Shown here: positions 13,734 through 28,668 of the stretch, in pieces
How positions within the stretch are numbered: position 1 is the first letter of the stretch
Layout: each line of letters starts with the position of its first letter
Origin: Lama glama
Lineage: Eukaryota
NCBI GenBank assembly: GCA_028534125.1
Contig: CM052816.1
Location: 81,160,001-81,224,000 of the forward strand
DNA length: 64,000 nucleotides
Direction of reading: 5' to 3'
Notes under the pieces: generated by a model
Told to the model about the DNA's origin: nothing
Seen by the model: only the letters and a program-made list of their open reading frames with translations
Database searches by the model: none
Translations under genes and position numbers: made by a program

Positions 13734-14041
13734 CAGAACACATTGTCCAATACGGGAGCCACTATTCACATATCACTACGAGTACTTGACCTGAATTAAG
13801 ATATTCCGTAAGGGTAAAATACACACTGGATTTCAAAGACTTCATACAAGAAAAAATATACATTCTTATTCACAATTTCTACATTGATTAAATGTTAAAA
13901 TAATATTTTTATATTTAAGTGAAATAAAATATATTATTAAAATTAATTTCACCTAATTTTTAAACTTTTTTTTTCATGTGGCTACTAGAAAATTTTTAAT
14001 TACATTTGTGGCTCACATTACATATTTACTAAACAGTGCTG
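13734..14041. mobile_element. MER33-like hAT-Charlie MITE
   Basis: 'ttgtccaata...aaaatacacactggatttcaaagactt...gtggctactagaaaatttt...gtggctcacatta...acagtgctg'. Confidence 0.75.
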
Positions 14042-15330
14042 ATTAAGAAAGTCAAAAAGTATTTTAAATGATGTCTGTATAATATATATATAGCATAATG
14101 GCATTTAAGACATTAATATATGTTCATAAGACTATCATTTGATAGCAAATTCTTATATAAAGATGTGTATGATCTTATAAAAACAGTACAAAAGAGGCAC
14201 CATTTATTGAGTTCCAACTTTTTGGCCAGATCGTACTACAGACTTCAGTTAGACTGTCTGTAATCCTCCCAACAGGGAGGAGTACTCTGGATGAGGGAGA
14301 CTGAGTAATTGGCCCCAGATCACATAGCTAGAAAGTGCTACCTCCAGCCTCTGAGTACAGTCTGTCTGAGGCTAATGTCCAAACTCTGTTGTACTTCAAG
14401 TAAAGAAATTGGGTGAGATCCTATTTGGAAGTGACCATCTCTTATGAAGTTGGTCATTATCTACCTTGGGCAAGGACTTCCAAGCCCTACATCTGTCATT
14501 AAGAAGATATTCCTTTTCTGTTTTGGATAAAGGGGAGTGAAGAGTTTGGAAAACAGCACATCCACCCAACTAGCCTGCTCATCCTGCTCTGAGAAAGAAT
14601 CTGCAGGAGTTACCCAGAAGTTTGAAGGGCCACACAGAAAAGTGGGCCAGAGGCAGCAAAACAGTGGCATCACGTGAGACGTGGTCAGTTGTCTATGGTG
14701 CCACTTCTTAGGAGAGTTCCCCTGCTTAATCCCAAGCCTGGCCTAAGCTTCTGACTCCAGTCTGCTCTTGGAAAATGCACAAGTAACAACATCACCAAGG
14801 GTGTGGAGCCCTCAGGAATACTTCAGTAGGAAACACCTTGCAGAGAAAGGGGACAACCACACTGCCACGAGAGAGAGAAGCAGACTGGTCACAACGCTAA
14901 GACAGATTGCCAAAAGAAAGAGCCTTCTGAAACCCAGAATACCTTCTGCCACCAAGCTTTGGAAAAATTAGGCATGCAAAACTTTGGCAGTCTTTATCCG
15001 CTTTCCCCCTCAGCACACTCCTAGCAGAATAGGTGATGGAGCTCTCCAGACATCTGCTCAGCATTACCACAAGTACCCACAAAAAGCAATTTCCCTTCCT
15101 GCAGCAGTTGAAAAAGTGTAAGTGAAGGGTGTGCTGTCGGGGGGCATGGTGGAGAAGGGAAGCCGGGAAACCTGGCCAGAAAGAAAACCACACAGAAAGC
15201 GACAGTGACATTCAGACCTGAAGCTAGGAATCTTTGAAGGGCTCAGGATGGGACGCTTTATCACGTCTGATTTAATTCAAAGACTGTTTTTCAGGATGCT
15301 GAAGGTCTAGGCTCGCAATCAAGCACTTAC

Positions 15331-15497
15331 GTAATCCTCCTCACTGAGCCCTTGCTTCTCAACAGAACTTTTCACCTCCATGGAAAACTTCTCAAACTCA
15401 GGTTTCACTGTCCTCAGTAGAGTGATTGTTTGGAGGGATGAGTACGCTTGCTTAGCTTCAAAGTCGTATTTGTCTCCTCTCTTCCACGAGCCATCTC
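15331..15497 (-). CDS. NPR3: NPR3 coding exon 3 (167 bp, phase 1 to phase 0): [56 protein letters not shown]
   Basis: TAG acceptor (15500-15498); consensus donor TAC|GTAAGT at 15330; in frame with exon 2 (G|GA = Gly294); peptide matches NPR-C. Confidence 0.97.
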
Positions 15498-16647
15498 CTA
15501 CGGGAGAAGTAAAAATATTTATAATTCCAAGCCAGTTACCATAAAAGGGCCATTCTCCCTTTTCCTCTGCGATGCGTCTCTCTGTGTTTCTTCTGGCAGC
15601 TGGGATGGGGGTATTGTCATAGTTTTGCTGTTGGGTATAAAGTGACAATGTCAAGATCCTCAAAGGAGGAGAAGGCCCTTTGGACATGTGTCCCTTTGAA
15701 ATGTGAGACTGAGAGAAAAGCACTGTTGGGTTAGTTACCTTCTAATAGCCAAGAAACTGCAATTTTCAGCCCCCAAGAATCGCCACACTGAGGAGTAAGA
15801 AGTAGGTTTATTCCTTTTTATTCACACTTATTTTTTAATACCTACAATCAACTGTGAAGGTCAATCAAGATGGAACTGTGATATAATTAAACCCAACGTT
15901 ATATAGATGTGGAAGGCAGGGATGGCTAGGTTCGACAAATTTATGCAAGTAATGTATATAAACTTGGTGCTATTAAGAGAAAAAGGTTTGAGATTATTGA
16001 TATTTCTTGAAATATTTCTTGAATCACTTCAGACTGAAAATAACTTAGGTGAACTTGAGGATCTGTATCTGTCTAGTGCTGGCAACACCTCATAAAGATT
16101 ATTTACTGGACAAATTCATCACTGAATCAACAGTAACAAAATTAAAAATTGCTAACATTTACTGATCATATACAACAATAATAAAAGCTTTATTTACAGA
16201 ATACTTTATATGTATAAACTCATGTAATCCTCAGAAGATCCTGTAATGTGGGTACAATTATCCTCTCTGTTTGACAGATGAGGAAACTGAGGATTGAGAA
16301 GCTGAGTATCCTGCTGCTTCTCTGCTCTCCCTTTCACAAAAGCAAAGGCCAATTACATGGATAAGAATCATTTCTCTCCTCTTTATTATTTCATTTTTGA
16401 GAAAATATGTGGCTTACAGGACCCCAAAAGGAAATATGGACCTCTAACTTTTGGCCATAATGATAATAATTCAATGAATTATCATCATGAATCCTGGAGG
16501 TCTCTGCCACCCCGAGCCCCCAGTCCACAGCGGATGCCGGGTACCCAGCAGCTGAACGGTCAGGACGCCTCTGGAGTGTGCAGCCAAGCCTGCCTGGGAC
16601 TCACTCCATCTTTACAGAAAAAGCTCAGTAAAGAGCTGGTGGCTTTG

Positions 16648-17357
16648 CACAAAATGAATGCTGGAGAGTGTGTGGAGAAACGGGAACCCTCCTACACTGG
16701 TGGTGGAAATGTGAATTGGTGCAGCTACCATGCAAAACAGTACAGAGATTCCTTAAAACCTAAAAATAGAGTTATCATATGATCCAGCAATCTCACTCCA
16801 GGGCACATATCCAGAGAAAACTATAATTCAAAAATATACATGCACCCCAATGTTCATAGCAGCACAGTTTACAACAGCCAAGACATGGAAGCAGCCTAAA
16901 TGTTCAACGGCAGATGATTAGACAAAGAAAATATATACATATATGAATACTACTCTGCCATAAAAAAGAATAAAATCATGCATTTGCAGCATCATGGATG
17001 GACTTAGAGATTATCACACTGAGCAAAGTAAGTCAAACTGAGAAAGACAAATATCATATGATATCAGAGACTCACAGACAGAGAAAACAAACTTTTATTT
17101 ACCAAAGGGGAAAGGGAGGGAGGGATAAATTAGGAGTTTGGGATTAGTAGAAATAAACTACTATATATAAAACAGATAAATAACAAGGTCCTAATGTATA
17201 GCACAGGGAACTATATTCAATATCTTATAATTACCTAAAATGAAAAAGAATATGTATATACATATATAGATGTATGTATGACTGAATCCTGAATCACTGT
17301 GTTGTATGCCAGAAACTAACCCAACATGATAAATCAACTAAACTTCAATTTAAAAAG
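16648..17357 (+). mobile_element. L1 3' fragment (ORF2 C-terminus + 3'UTR)
   Basis: Encodes degenerate [21 protein letters not shown]..., continues to an A-rich tail; TSD aaagagctggtggctttg / aaagagctggtagctctg (16630-16647 / 17358-17375). Confidence 0.9.
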
Positions 17358-18799
17358 AAAGAGCTGGTAGCTCTGAAATTTCTATCACAGCTTAAATCAG
17401 ACAAACATGGATTAACTGAACTACGTGCAAGGTTCTGTGATAGCCACCACAGTGGGCATCATGAATGTCTTGAAGAGTCTCCACCTCCTTCAAGAGAGGG
17501 ATTTAGAGATGGACATGTAAACTGCTGAAGTTATTACAGGGTGACAGTTAGCTTAGTGTGAGGGGCCGGGGGCGGTACAAAGAAGCAGCACAGAGTACAG
17601 AGGGAGAGGCAACCAGCTCCAACGAGGGAGGTTTCATGCCAGGAGGAGGCATCAGCCTGGCCCTAAATGTGTGAGTAGGACTTTAATAAGAGGAGAGGAG
17701 GACGGGAATGCTTGCTTGGCAGAGCCTAGGGCGTGGGCAAAGGTGTCAATGTGTGTGACATCCAGTGGGCAGCTGAGAACCTCAGTCTGGAGCACGAGAA
17801 AAGACAGAGACAAAGAATGTGTTTGTGGAAGCGTCTGTTTAATCATAATCCCAATAATAGCAGCCATTTATTAATTGCTTACTGTGTGCCAGGGAACTGT
17901 TCTAAGATAAATAAGACAGAGCTGAGGACAGAACTCATTAAGGGCTAGATCCATTCTCAATGAGCACAAGATTAAATTTCAGGCCACCAAACAAAACTTG
18001 CTGAAGTCCTCCTCCTCCTCCCATGTGAAACCTCCCCAGTGCTGCTGAGGCCACAGCTATGCCCGTGCTCAGAGAGCAGGTGAGCTGTGCGTCACTGCCC
18101 CCAACCAGGGCAAACCTCACTGGGTGCTCGGGGCAGACAATGTGGCCTTTGGGAAGGGGCCAAACCCTTTTGCCAGGAAGACCCCCAAATTCTCAGAATG
18201 TCCAGAACATCTTCAACTCATGGGGGAACCCATTGCTTCCAGGCATGCCATCAATACTTATTAATTCAGTTTGAATTGACTTGAGGTATCAAGAATCAGC
18301 AGGAATGATGCTTCTTAAGCAAAAAGGTGAGACTTTCTCAGCTCTGGGTAAGAACTCTTCCCAGAGGCACAAGAAAGGAAACACTTAACCCTGTATGCAA
18401 TTAGAAAATACACATAGAACTGGAAATGGCAACTATCTAGTCACTAAAATGGAAGAAATACTTTTTCTAATTCTGAAAGACGTGAAATCCAGTACAATCA
18501 ATCTGTCTGTCACAATCTAAAAGGTAATGAATTTAGAGTTTGTTTTCTAGAAAAAAGAATGGACACAAGAGTGCTTAATTAATCAAAGCCAAGCTGGGTA
18601 GGTATCTAGTCACAACCATAACCAATACAATGACTTCTTGCTTTTGTAGGCATTCCTTATTGTAACGTGTCAATAACATCTCCCATCTGCGGCCATTGGA
18701 GGCTAGGAAAGCAGAGGCCAGCTTGGCCTGATGCCCCAACAGTGGGGACAAATTTAATTCAGCAGACAACTGGGTGCCTGTGGAGATTTACGAGCGGAA

Positions 18800-19590
18800 C
18801 AGAAGAATGACATGATCAGACTCATGCCTTGGGAAATAGCAATGGATTAGACTGGGGAGACACTGAGGGTTCACAGCCACAGTAATCCGGGCAAGAGGTT
18901 ATAAGAGGTTATATGTGGGAAGTCACACCCCACCCAAAAAAGGTTAAACATGGTTCCCAGGGTGGTTAGAATCACAGGCAAGTTTGCTTTTCTTTTCTTT
19001 CTGTGTGTTTTTCTGAATTTAGCAATTTTTCAGAAGTGTATTTACTGCTTTTATAATCATAAAAAGAGGGAGAGCCCTTGAGAATGAAAGAGGAATCTTA
19101 GGACTCTGTGAGTTAGGGAGTGAACGGCAGCCCAGGGGGAGATGCGTCACTGGTGATGCCAAGGAGGAAAGGAAAACGGTCGTCAGAGGAAAGGGCAGAG
19201 CCAGCGGGAGGAGGAGGGGTGGGGAGGACATGGAAATGATAATGATTTCAGTTAGGGTCACGGTCACTCCAAGGTGACTGCTAAAGAACACCCAAGTGAC
19301 AGCACCAGGCTGGGGCTGGAAATAGTGGTCCGAAGCCAGAAAGAGGAGTGAGGGCTAGAGAGTATCGGATGTCACATCCATATGTCTTAGAGTTAGATCC
19401 CAGAGATGGATGGCACTGGATAAGAAAGAGCATGCAGAAAGAGAAGGGCAGAGGAGAACACACTTAGGGAGGCTGTTTTTAGTGGGCAGGAGGCATAAGA
19501 GGAGCCAGAGAAGAGCTAACAGAAAGCTGGAAGAATGCTGTGCCACCAAAGCTAAGAAAAACAGGGTTTCCAGGAAGAAATCCAGCGCTG
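18800..19590 (-). mobile_element. L2 LINE remnants
   Basis: Purine-rich L2-like blocks, e.g. 'agaaagctggaagaatgctgtgccaccaaagctaagaaaaacagggtttccaggaag'. Confidence 0.55.
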
Positions 19591-19599
19591 AACTCTTGT

Positions 19600-19800
19600 A
19601 GCGGCTGCTAGACCCGTGTGTCTAGACTACTTCAATTTAAATGAATCAAAATTAAATGAAATTAAACTTTCAGCTCCTCAGTCGCACTTGCCGGATTTCA
19701 TACGTGCAAGAGTCACATGTGGCTAGTGGCTCCCGTGCCGGGCAACACAGGATAGAAGACAGCCAGCATCACAGCAGGTTCCAGCGGACAGCACCGTGTC
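19600..19800. mobile_element. MER3-like hAT-Charlie MITE
   Basis: 'aaaattaaatgaaattaaactttcagctcctcagtcgcac...cacatgtggctagtggctcccgt...ggacagcac'. Confidence 0.7.
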
Positions 19801-22099
19801 AGAGGGTGGAGGGCGGTCTGCGGGAAGGCTGATGGCTCTGGTGATGTGGTCAGTGGTGACTGAGGCTGGCACTCTCAGGGGAGCGCTGGGGACTGATGTC
19901 ACAGTCTTACAAGGGGCCTGAACAAGGAATTAAGACGAGGAGAAAGAAGTCAGCTAGTGAGAAGAAGTAGGGCAGAGAAGGTGATTCTATGAAGTTGTTT
20001 CAGGAATAAGGGAAAACAAATTTGCTCTTTGTTTCATTTTGTTTTAAGCAATATGGGAGCCCCAAGCAGGCACGTAGAGTGAGAAGGGTACAGGATACTT
20101 GTGAAAGAGGAAATAACCTGCTCAGCCCCAAGCCTGTGCTCAGCAATCCTGTGCCCAGGGAACTGGCATCGAGCAGGGGTACCCGCGTTGGGATAACGAT
20201 GTCATCCTGCTGCTCTGGTACTTACCAGAGTCCCAGCACATAGTAAGCTGTTGGTAAGCGTGGAATGAATGATGACCTGAGACATCACAGAAGACATCCA
20301 AGAGGTGGATGCCTGAGTCCACCTGGGCTGGCTGCAGCACACCGTGGCTCCTGACCTCTTGTGGTTATTTAAGTGAGGAAAAAGCATTGACCTCCTGGCC
20401 TCACCCCACCCTCTCCAAATGTCCAGTGTTCCACGCTTGCCTTGAGCTGCCTGGTCCAGCTACTCCCATCAGCAGCACAAACTGAGTGATACGACTGTGA
20501 ACCATTGTGCCTCTTTCACTTCATTCTTTAATCCTCAAATGCGGAAGATTTGAGTATGATCCCTATCTAATAGACGAGCAAACTGAAGTTCAAGGAGATT
20601 AATGTGCCCAAAGTCACCTAGTTAATAAACAGAAGCAGGATTCAAATGCAAGCCAGCCTCCAAAGGCTGGTGCCTTGCCTGCTCCTCGCTCATCTCATCA
20701 GCGTCTGGGGTGTTCCAAGATTTAAAACTGCAAATGCAGTGGGGGGACAAAAAATGTTCAAAACAAAAGTAACAGAGGAAGAAAGATCAGAAGAGGAAGT
20801 GCCTAAATATGATTTAATGACTGTTACTGTTGAAAGACTGTGTGAAAATGCTTTCTCTTTTCTCATTATCCCAAACTGACTATCACATGCAAATAGGACT
20901 TTAATAGCAAAACGTAAATCCAATCCCTCCCCAGTTTTTCTGTCACTTTTCTACGTTTAGCGAGTCAAGTAATTTATGAGCATTACCAGCCCTTCCATCC
21001 TCACCTGAACTAGTGCCCTCTGAGTTCCCAGCAAGTCAGGAAAGCTCTATGGTAATCTTACAGTCCCAGACAGAATCATCCAAATAACTTTCCACCTAAC
21101 TTACATCCAAAGAATATCACGCCAGGGAATGGGAATGCCCGTGGTGCTATTCAAAACTGTACAGGGCGATACATATCATCTTCACTCTAGATTTTTTTTT
21201 TAACCTATCCTTTCAGTCTTAATTTCCATCACTTGAATTTATATCATAATATATTCAGAACTCCTATAACAATACAATTAGGGCAGATCTGAGAAGTTTT
21301 TTTGAGTGCTCACCTAGACAATCTATTAATCGGTAAATATGGACACAATGTCAACAAGTTTTTTAAAAAATCCGGGATCAGATAAGTATTATTTAAAATA
21401 GAGCCTTTTTCTAGAGCAGGTGTGAAGTTTGATGTGAGGAAGCACAGGGAGAGGAAGATGTTGAAGAATTTTTCATGAACATATGCCTGATCTTCCTTAG
21501 GGTGCAAAATCTCAGAGAAGTCCCTTTATGAGTGATGGACACCAGAACCTTGCTCTAGGTCACTCTGCCTGCCACTAGATTCTGCTTACTGCTTCTGCTC
21601 TAAGGAGGAAAGGTGCTTCCACACATTTTTAAAGTACTATACATAATGGTCAAAGAAAGCTAAAACTAATAGTAAACATAACTAACATGTACTAAATACC
21701 CATTCCGTTCCAAGAAGTTTGCTGTGTATCTCACATACGCCACCTCATTTACTACTCAGCCTGATGCCATGAGATAAGTACTATTATTATCATTAGAAGA
21801 AACTAGGGCTTGCAGGGGAGGGCAGGATTATGTCAGTTCGCCAAGAGCTAGTATGTGGCTCAGCCTCTCAGGCAGACTGACCCCAGAGCTCTGAGCCTAA
21901 GCAACCAGGCTGTAAAAGGGAAAAAAAAGAGGATCTAATTAGAAACACCAAGGATACTTTGGAGATTATATCAGAGCACACTGTATAACTCCCCGCAATT
22001 AGGCTTCCAAGAAGCAGAAAAACTGAATGAAAAAAATAAGTTTTAAAAAGTTGTCCCCAAATCACCAACAGTAAGTCATACAGATATAGCTATGTAAAC

Positions 22100-22760
22100 A
22101 TACACAAATATATATATGACTCCTTATGCATTGATACTATGCATTGAGGACACAGCACCACTTTTGTAGTATTCCTGCCAAAAATGTATAAACTCCATCT
22201 TATCATGTGAAAACACCAGATAAATCCAAATTGAGAGACATTCTACAAAATAACAGACTCATCAAAAGTGTTATGTCATGGAGTAGGGGAAAGTATAGCT
22301 CATGGGTAGAGTGCATGCTTAGCATGCATGAGGCCCTGGGTTTAATCCACAGTACCTCTATTAAAATAAATAAGTAAATAAATAAACCTAATTACCTCCT
22401 CCCCAAAACAAAAACAAACAAACAAACAAAAGACAAAACCAAAAAAAAAAAGTGTTATATCATAAATGATAAGGAAAAACTGAGGAAATACCACATATTG
22501 GAGAAGATTAAGAAGACACAAAACCAAATGAACTGGGTCCTGGAAGAGAAAAAGGACCTTAGCTTCAAGGTGGTAAACCTCAAATAAAGACTGTAGTTCA
22601 GTTAGTGGTAGTGTATCAATGTTAACTTTTTTTTATAACTGTACTATGGTTATTTAAATTTTTAACATTAGAGGAATCTGGGTAAAAGGTATATGTGACC
22701 TCTCTATACTATTTTTACAAGTTCTCTGTAAGTCTAAAATTATTTCAAAACAAAATTTAA
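22100..22760 (+). mobile_element. Old L1M (L1MC/ME-type) 3' remnant hosting a SINE
   Basis: 'attcctgccaaaaatgtataa...aaatccaaattgagagacattctacaaaataac...ctctctatactatttttacaagttctctgtaagtctaaaattatttcaaaa'. Confidence 0.7.
22286..22447 (+). mobile_element. tRNA-Ala-derived camelid-type SINE (Vic-1-like)
   Basis: ggggaaagtatagctc...gagtgcatgcttagcatgcatgaggccctgggtttaatcc...(AAAT)n aaacctaattacctcc + A tail; 16-bp TSD aaaagtgttat(g/a)tcat. Confidence 0.9.
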
Positions 22761-22859
22761 GTCTTCCAAAAATTACCTCTAAAAAGAAATTAGGTCTAGA
22801 CACAGAGTTGAATTATTTCCATCTTTTAAGGAATATTCTTATGGTTTCTAAAGCATAAA

Positions 22860-24330
22860 AACAATGGACATTGACCTAATTAATTTTATAAAGCTAATAT
22901 AAACCTGATTTTAAAATCTGCCAATAACCACCTGAAGGCAAGAAAACTGTCCAATCTCACTCATGAACATAGATTCAAAAATCCTAAATAAAATGCTAAA
23001 AACTTAATCAGTATCAGCAATACATGTAAAAAGTTATCATGACAAAGTATGCTTAATCCCAAGAATACTATAATGGCTCAATATTAGAAAATTTATTAAA
23101 AGTACCAATAAAATATATTTGATAACATTCATCACTCACTTCCAACTTTTAAAGTCACCTTAATAAATTTAAGAATATTCTAATATCTATTTCTGATAAG
23201 ATATTAGAAATTAAAGTATCACCATTGCTATATAATATTATTCTGGAAGCTATTGCTAATGCAATAAGAGAAGAAAAATAAATATAATGTTCAACTATCA
23301 AAATGGAAAGAAAATTACAGTTGTTATTTGATAATGGTATAAAAACTATTGGAACAGAGGATTTAATATGTGGAATTCTTGTTTCTATATGACAACTAGA
23401 GTTACAAAATGTAACAGGGAAAGATCATGATCATAATAATAACCAGAAAGCATAAAATATCTAAGAATGAACTCAACAAAAATAGTGCAAAATTCAAACG
23501 AAGAAAACTGCAAAACTGCTTATGGACATAAAAAGAAATTCAAATAAAATAATTTAAAAGTTAGATGAGGGGTTGGGGATTTGCAGACACACATTACTAT
23601 GTATAAAATAGATAAACAACAAAGACCTACTGTATAGCACAGGGACCTATATTCAATTTCTTACAATAACATATAACAGAAGAGAATCTGAAAAGAAAAA
23701 ATATATGTGTATGTATATGTATAACTGAATCACTTTTCTGTGCACCTAAAACTAACATTGTAAATTAACTACATTTCAATTAAAATAAAGTTTTTAAATT
23801 AGATGATGCAGGGTTTACAGGGATGTAGGAAAACAGACTACCTCAAAGAACGAAAAAAGACAATGTTATACACCGTTGCAAAAGTAAACTGGTAAACTGC
23901 TTTAGAGGACAACCTGGCAATATCTATCAAAAGTTAAATGCATATAACTGTTGACCCAGGAATTCTACTTCTAGAAACTTGTCTTACAGATTATGTATAG
24001 ATATATGTATGAATGTGTGTACATGCATGCATACATAAGGCAACTCAATATATTATTACTCTTATAGCAAAACCTGGAAACAACATAAATATTGAAAAAT
24101 AACAGATTGAGCAAAGATTGAATATCAGTATTATAAAATACTATATAGCCATACTATAAATAGAGTGATTATTTTACTGAAAAAATATTTTTGTAAATAT
24201 ATATTTTTTATAATATTATCAATGTACTTTTATCTGTATGGCACAATTAGAGTAACATATTTTCATCCCTGTATTTTTCTATGTCTCTCAAATTTTCTTT
24301 AATATTCATGTATTGTAATGAGCAGGGAAA
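22860..24330 (+). mobile_element. Highly degraded L1ME-type ORF2/3' remnant
   Basis: 'ccaatctcactcatgaacatagattcaaaaatcctaaataaaat' (ORF2 RT region) and 'gacccaggaattctacttctagaa'. Confidence 0.65.
23568..23790 (+). mobile_element. Short younger L1 3' end nested in the older L1
   Basis: 'ctactgtatagcacagggacctatattca...ataactgaatcac...taaattaactacatttcaattaaaa'; TSD-like ttagatga on both sides. Confidence 0.8.
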
Positions 24331-25679
24331 AGTGATACAAGCTTTATCTGTGGATTAAAGGAATTCCAGTACCTAACATTTGTATTGTACTTGCCCATTT
24401 ATAATGTGCATTCACATACATTGCCTCCAAATTCTATGCTTGCAGTAGCCAACTTGCAAGACTCAGAATAAATGTTTTTCATTTTCCCTCAGTCTCTACC
24501 AGTATCTCAAAGAACTCAATACTATAACCAATAATGTAATTACCTTCTGATCTTGGATCAAGAAGTGAAACTGCCACTCTGCTTATATAAAGAGAAGGGG
24601 AAAGCAAGGAGGGGGGAAATTGGGCGTTTCCTTCCAGCCTTAAATATCTAACTTTATCCACTATAGGAAGCACAGGCTACTTTTGCTTCAATAACTTTTC
24701 TTTATCCCCATGAGAAGTGTTTTATTATGTTTATGCACAATGGTCTATTGCTTAAGTAAGTCAGGATATCAGAGCAGGAAACTGAGGTATATGCTTTAAG
24801 GTTTGGATCCCATGTAACGCTCTCTCGACAGCAATAATTGGGAAGCGGAGCTCAGCATAAACATGCCGTTTGTGATACACACACTTACAGTTCCCCTGAA
24901 ACACAATGTGCAGTATCTGAGAAAATGTTCCATAGCCCTACAGTGTTTGCTTCAAAGAAAGCCTTAACCACATTTAGGGGGAAATGTTTTGTACCTGTGA
25001 TCTTGGTGAATTCCTTAAACACACTCTCAACATAGGAACCCTGGGAACTTTCCCAGATCCATTTTAAGGAATTAAATGCTTTCAATCATATCTGTTAGTG
25101 GCTCTTAAGAGACAGTAATCTGGAAGGAGGAGGGGCTGGGAGCAGCGACTTTCAAAACAATTTTACCTCAATTTACAGTAATGGTTATTTTATTTATTTC
25201 ACATTGTGGCCCATTACAAACATATATGTAATATGCATAAATACATACACATAAATGTACAGTCATATTGCTAAAATAAGTTTTATGAAACTACACATAT
25301 GCTGTGTGTGGTACACTTTGACATGTTCTACTCTATTATAGTGACATGTTTGAGCATATTCCAGTCTACTAAAAATTCTGCCCAAATCTCACTAAAATTA
25401 TCCCAACAGTCCGTCATCGTGGCAACCTGCAGTTGGAAACGCACTGAGGAGGGGTCTTTAGGGCCTGGATTTATGATCATTTGGAGAGCTAGAGTGAGCT
25501 ATGTTCTCCCAGACAAGTCCCTTGGCATCGCAGGAAGTGGTCTCTTTTTGCTCTGAGTTCTCAAGGAAGAAAACTTGAGAATTTATGAGAAGTGGGAGTG
25601 TTCAGAATCACAAATGTCTGAAATCCTATCTATGGACATCAGATCTATTGCGATGACTCAAGTTATTGGCCCCATCTCA

Positions 25680-26810
<1,131 letters not shown>

Positions 26811-28539
26811 ACATCAAATAAATCACCAGATTTGCTCAATATAAGACAGTAAGACATGTTAACTGCTTTCTATACTTAATAGCATGGTAAACACATTTTC
26901 CTGAAAAAGCAGACTAAATGGCTTTAGGGAGAACATTCATTTGGCAAATCATAGGATGCAGTGAGTGGTATAGGCATTCTGCTGTTTGAATGCAGAAACC
27001 TTTCTCTTAAGCTGTCTCAACATATACTGGACGTAGTTACCAAGATTTCAGATCCCTCCCCACATGCTCTCAGTTTGTATCCACACTGTCCGAGTTGAGA
27101 AGCGTTAAGCAGCTCCAGAATATTGTTGCCTGCCCCAGAAGAGCTACAACAGACTAGGGTGAAGTGAGGACCTGGCCATTATCCAGTGATTTTTGACCAT
27201 TGTTGATGGCCCTTGGCCCTCATGACAGGGTCCGTGGTGTTTGCACACATGGAGGAGAGGAGAGGCTTGGAGAGACCTGGGTACCATGACCTCGTTATCA
27301 CCACGTGTGCCAGCCCTGCGAGATGAGTATGTTCTTTGTAAAAGCATGAGTACTGAAAGATGCATAACAAACTTTAAGCTGTGCCAAAGCTGCCTTGGCA
27401 TCCTGCATGGAGGGTCAGGCGCTTGTTGACATTTCATTTACTGCACAGGTTAGTTCAGAGTGTTGGATCGTGACTCTGACATTTCTTGCAACAAAAGGGC
27501 TCGGAGTCCAGGCTCAAAGCTCTGGAAAACAAATTTTTAAAACAATACAAACCTCCTACAGATTTATAACTGCCGGAGTAGATGTTGTTTGTGCCTGGCA
27601 ATATTGTTATATATTTGGGATAAACAGTCAAATTCCAAAATGCCTCAGAAAGGAAGTTTTTGAAGAAACTCTTCATTATTCCTTATGACCTAGATGCTTG
27701 TTTTAGTGCTGATTTGAGTCTAGTCCCTTAAATGACAAAGAGCCAAAGTGTCCCACAAAACAGCCAGTAAGGGGCTGAGGCTGGACAAGTTTGAAGAGTG
27801 TGGATTCCCAGGGTGGGCATCTCCCGGAGGCTCCAGGAAGCTCCGGCTGATGGTCACCGGCAGTCTGCATCATGTTTTGATCAGCAGCTCATAGTCCAGA
27901 GTCTGGCTCTAAACCCCCAGACACAGAACCTGATTCTGTCAGCACACAAGGAGTAGAGTCATTGCTTGGGGGCAGAATCCCAACAAGCTAACTCAGATAT
28001 TTTTAGTAATCTGAAATGATTATTAATTTCAGTGAGGACCAAAATGATCACAAACATGTTTGTGTTGACCCATACCTGGGTGTGCTAACTGAGGAGGCAA
28101 GTTATAAGCAACAGCATGTTAGTGAGGATAAAATCAGAATCAGTGAGGTCAGCTGGAGGATTCAGGCATCCAAAGGCCTCAGGCCTCGATAACCCTAAGC
28201 ACCTGTCTCTAAGAGCTACACCTGGCCCAGGCCCGAACAGGCTGTGTCCTCAGACCAGAGCATAAGCTTCCCCAAGTCCTGGACGGCCTGTGCCCAGTGC
28301 TGGCCTCTCTGTCACTTCTTTTCTATTTTTACAGTCCTGGCCCATCTCCCCTCTTTCCCCATCACCATCAAGACCAAACCCTTCTGATGGACACATTCTT
28401 TCTTTAAATGTCATTACCTGCTTGAACTCAGCAAGAGTGACCCAGAGCAGCATTGCACCTATCTGAGCAGACTTGAATTATTTTAGATCTCATCCATTTC
28501 GTATTGACAATGTGGTTCAACTCTCAAAGGGAAATCCTA

Positions 28540-28668
28540 GGGGGGAGGGTATAGCTCAAGTGGGAGAGTGCATGCTTAGCAGCCACAGGTCCTAGGTTCA
28601 ATCCTCAGTACCTCCATCAAAAATAAATATATAAAACCCAATTGTCTGCCCCCACAAAATTTGTTTAA
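28540..28668 (+). mobile_element. tRNA-Ala-derived camelid-type SINE (Vic-1-like)
   Basis: ggggggagggtatagctcaagtgggagagtgcatgcttagc...ggtcctaggttcaatcc; degenerate TSD ctcaaagggaaatccta / ctcaaaaggagatccta. Confidence 0.9.

Larger units (their letters stand above)
1..15330 (-). other. NPR3: NPR3 intron 3 (partial, runs off the window)
   Basis: Begins with GTAAGT at 15330; no sequence encoding the expected next peptide (VNMFVEGFHDAILLY...) was seen in 1-15330. Confidence 0.85.
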
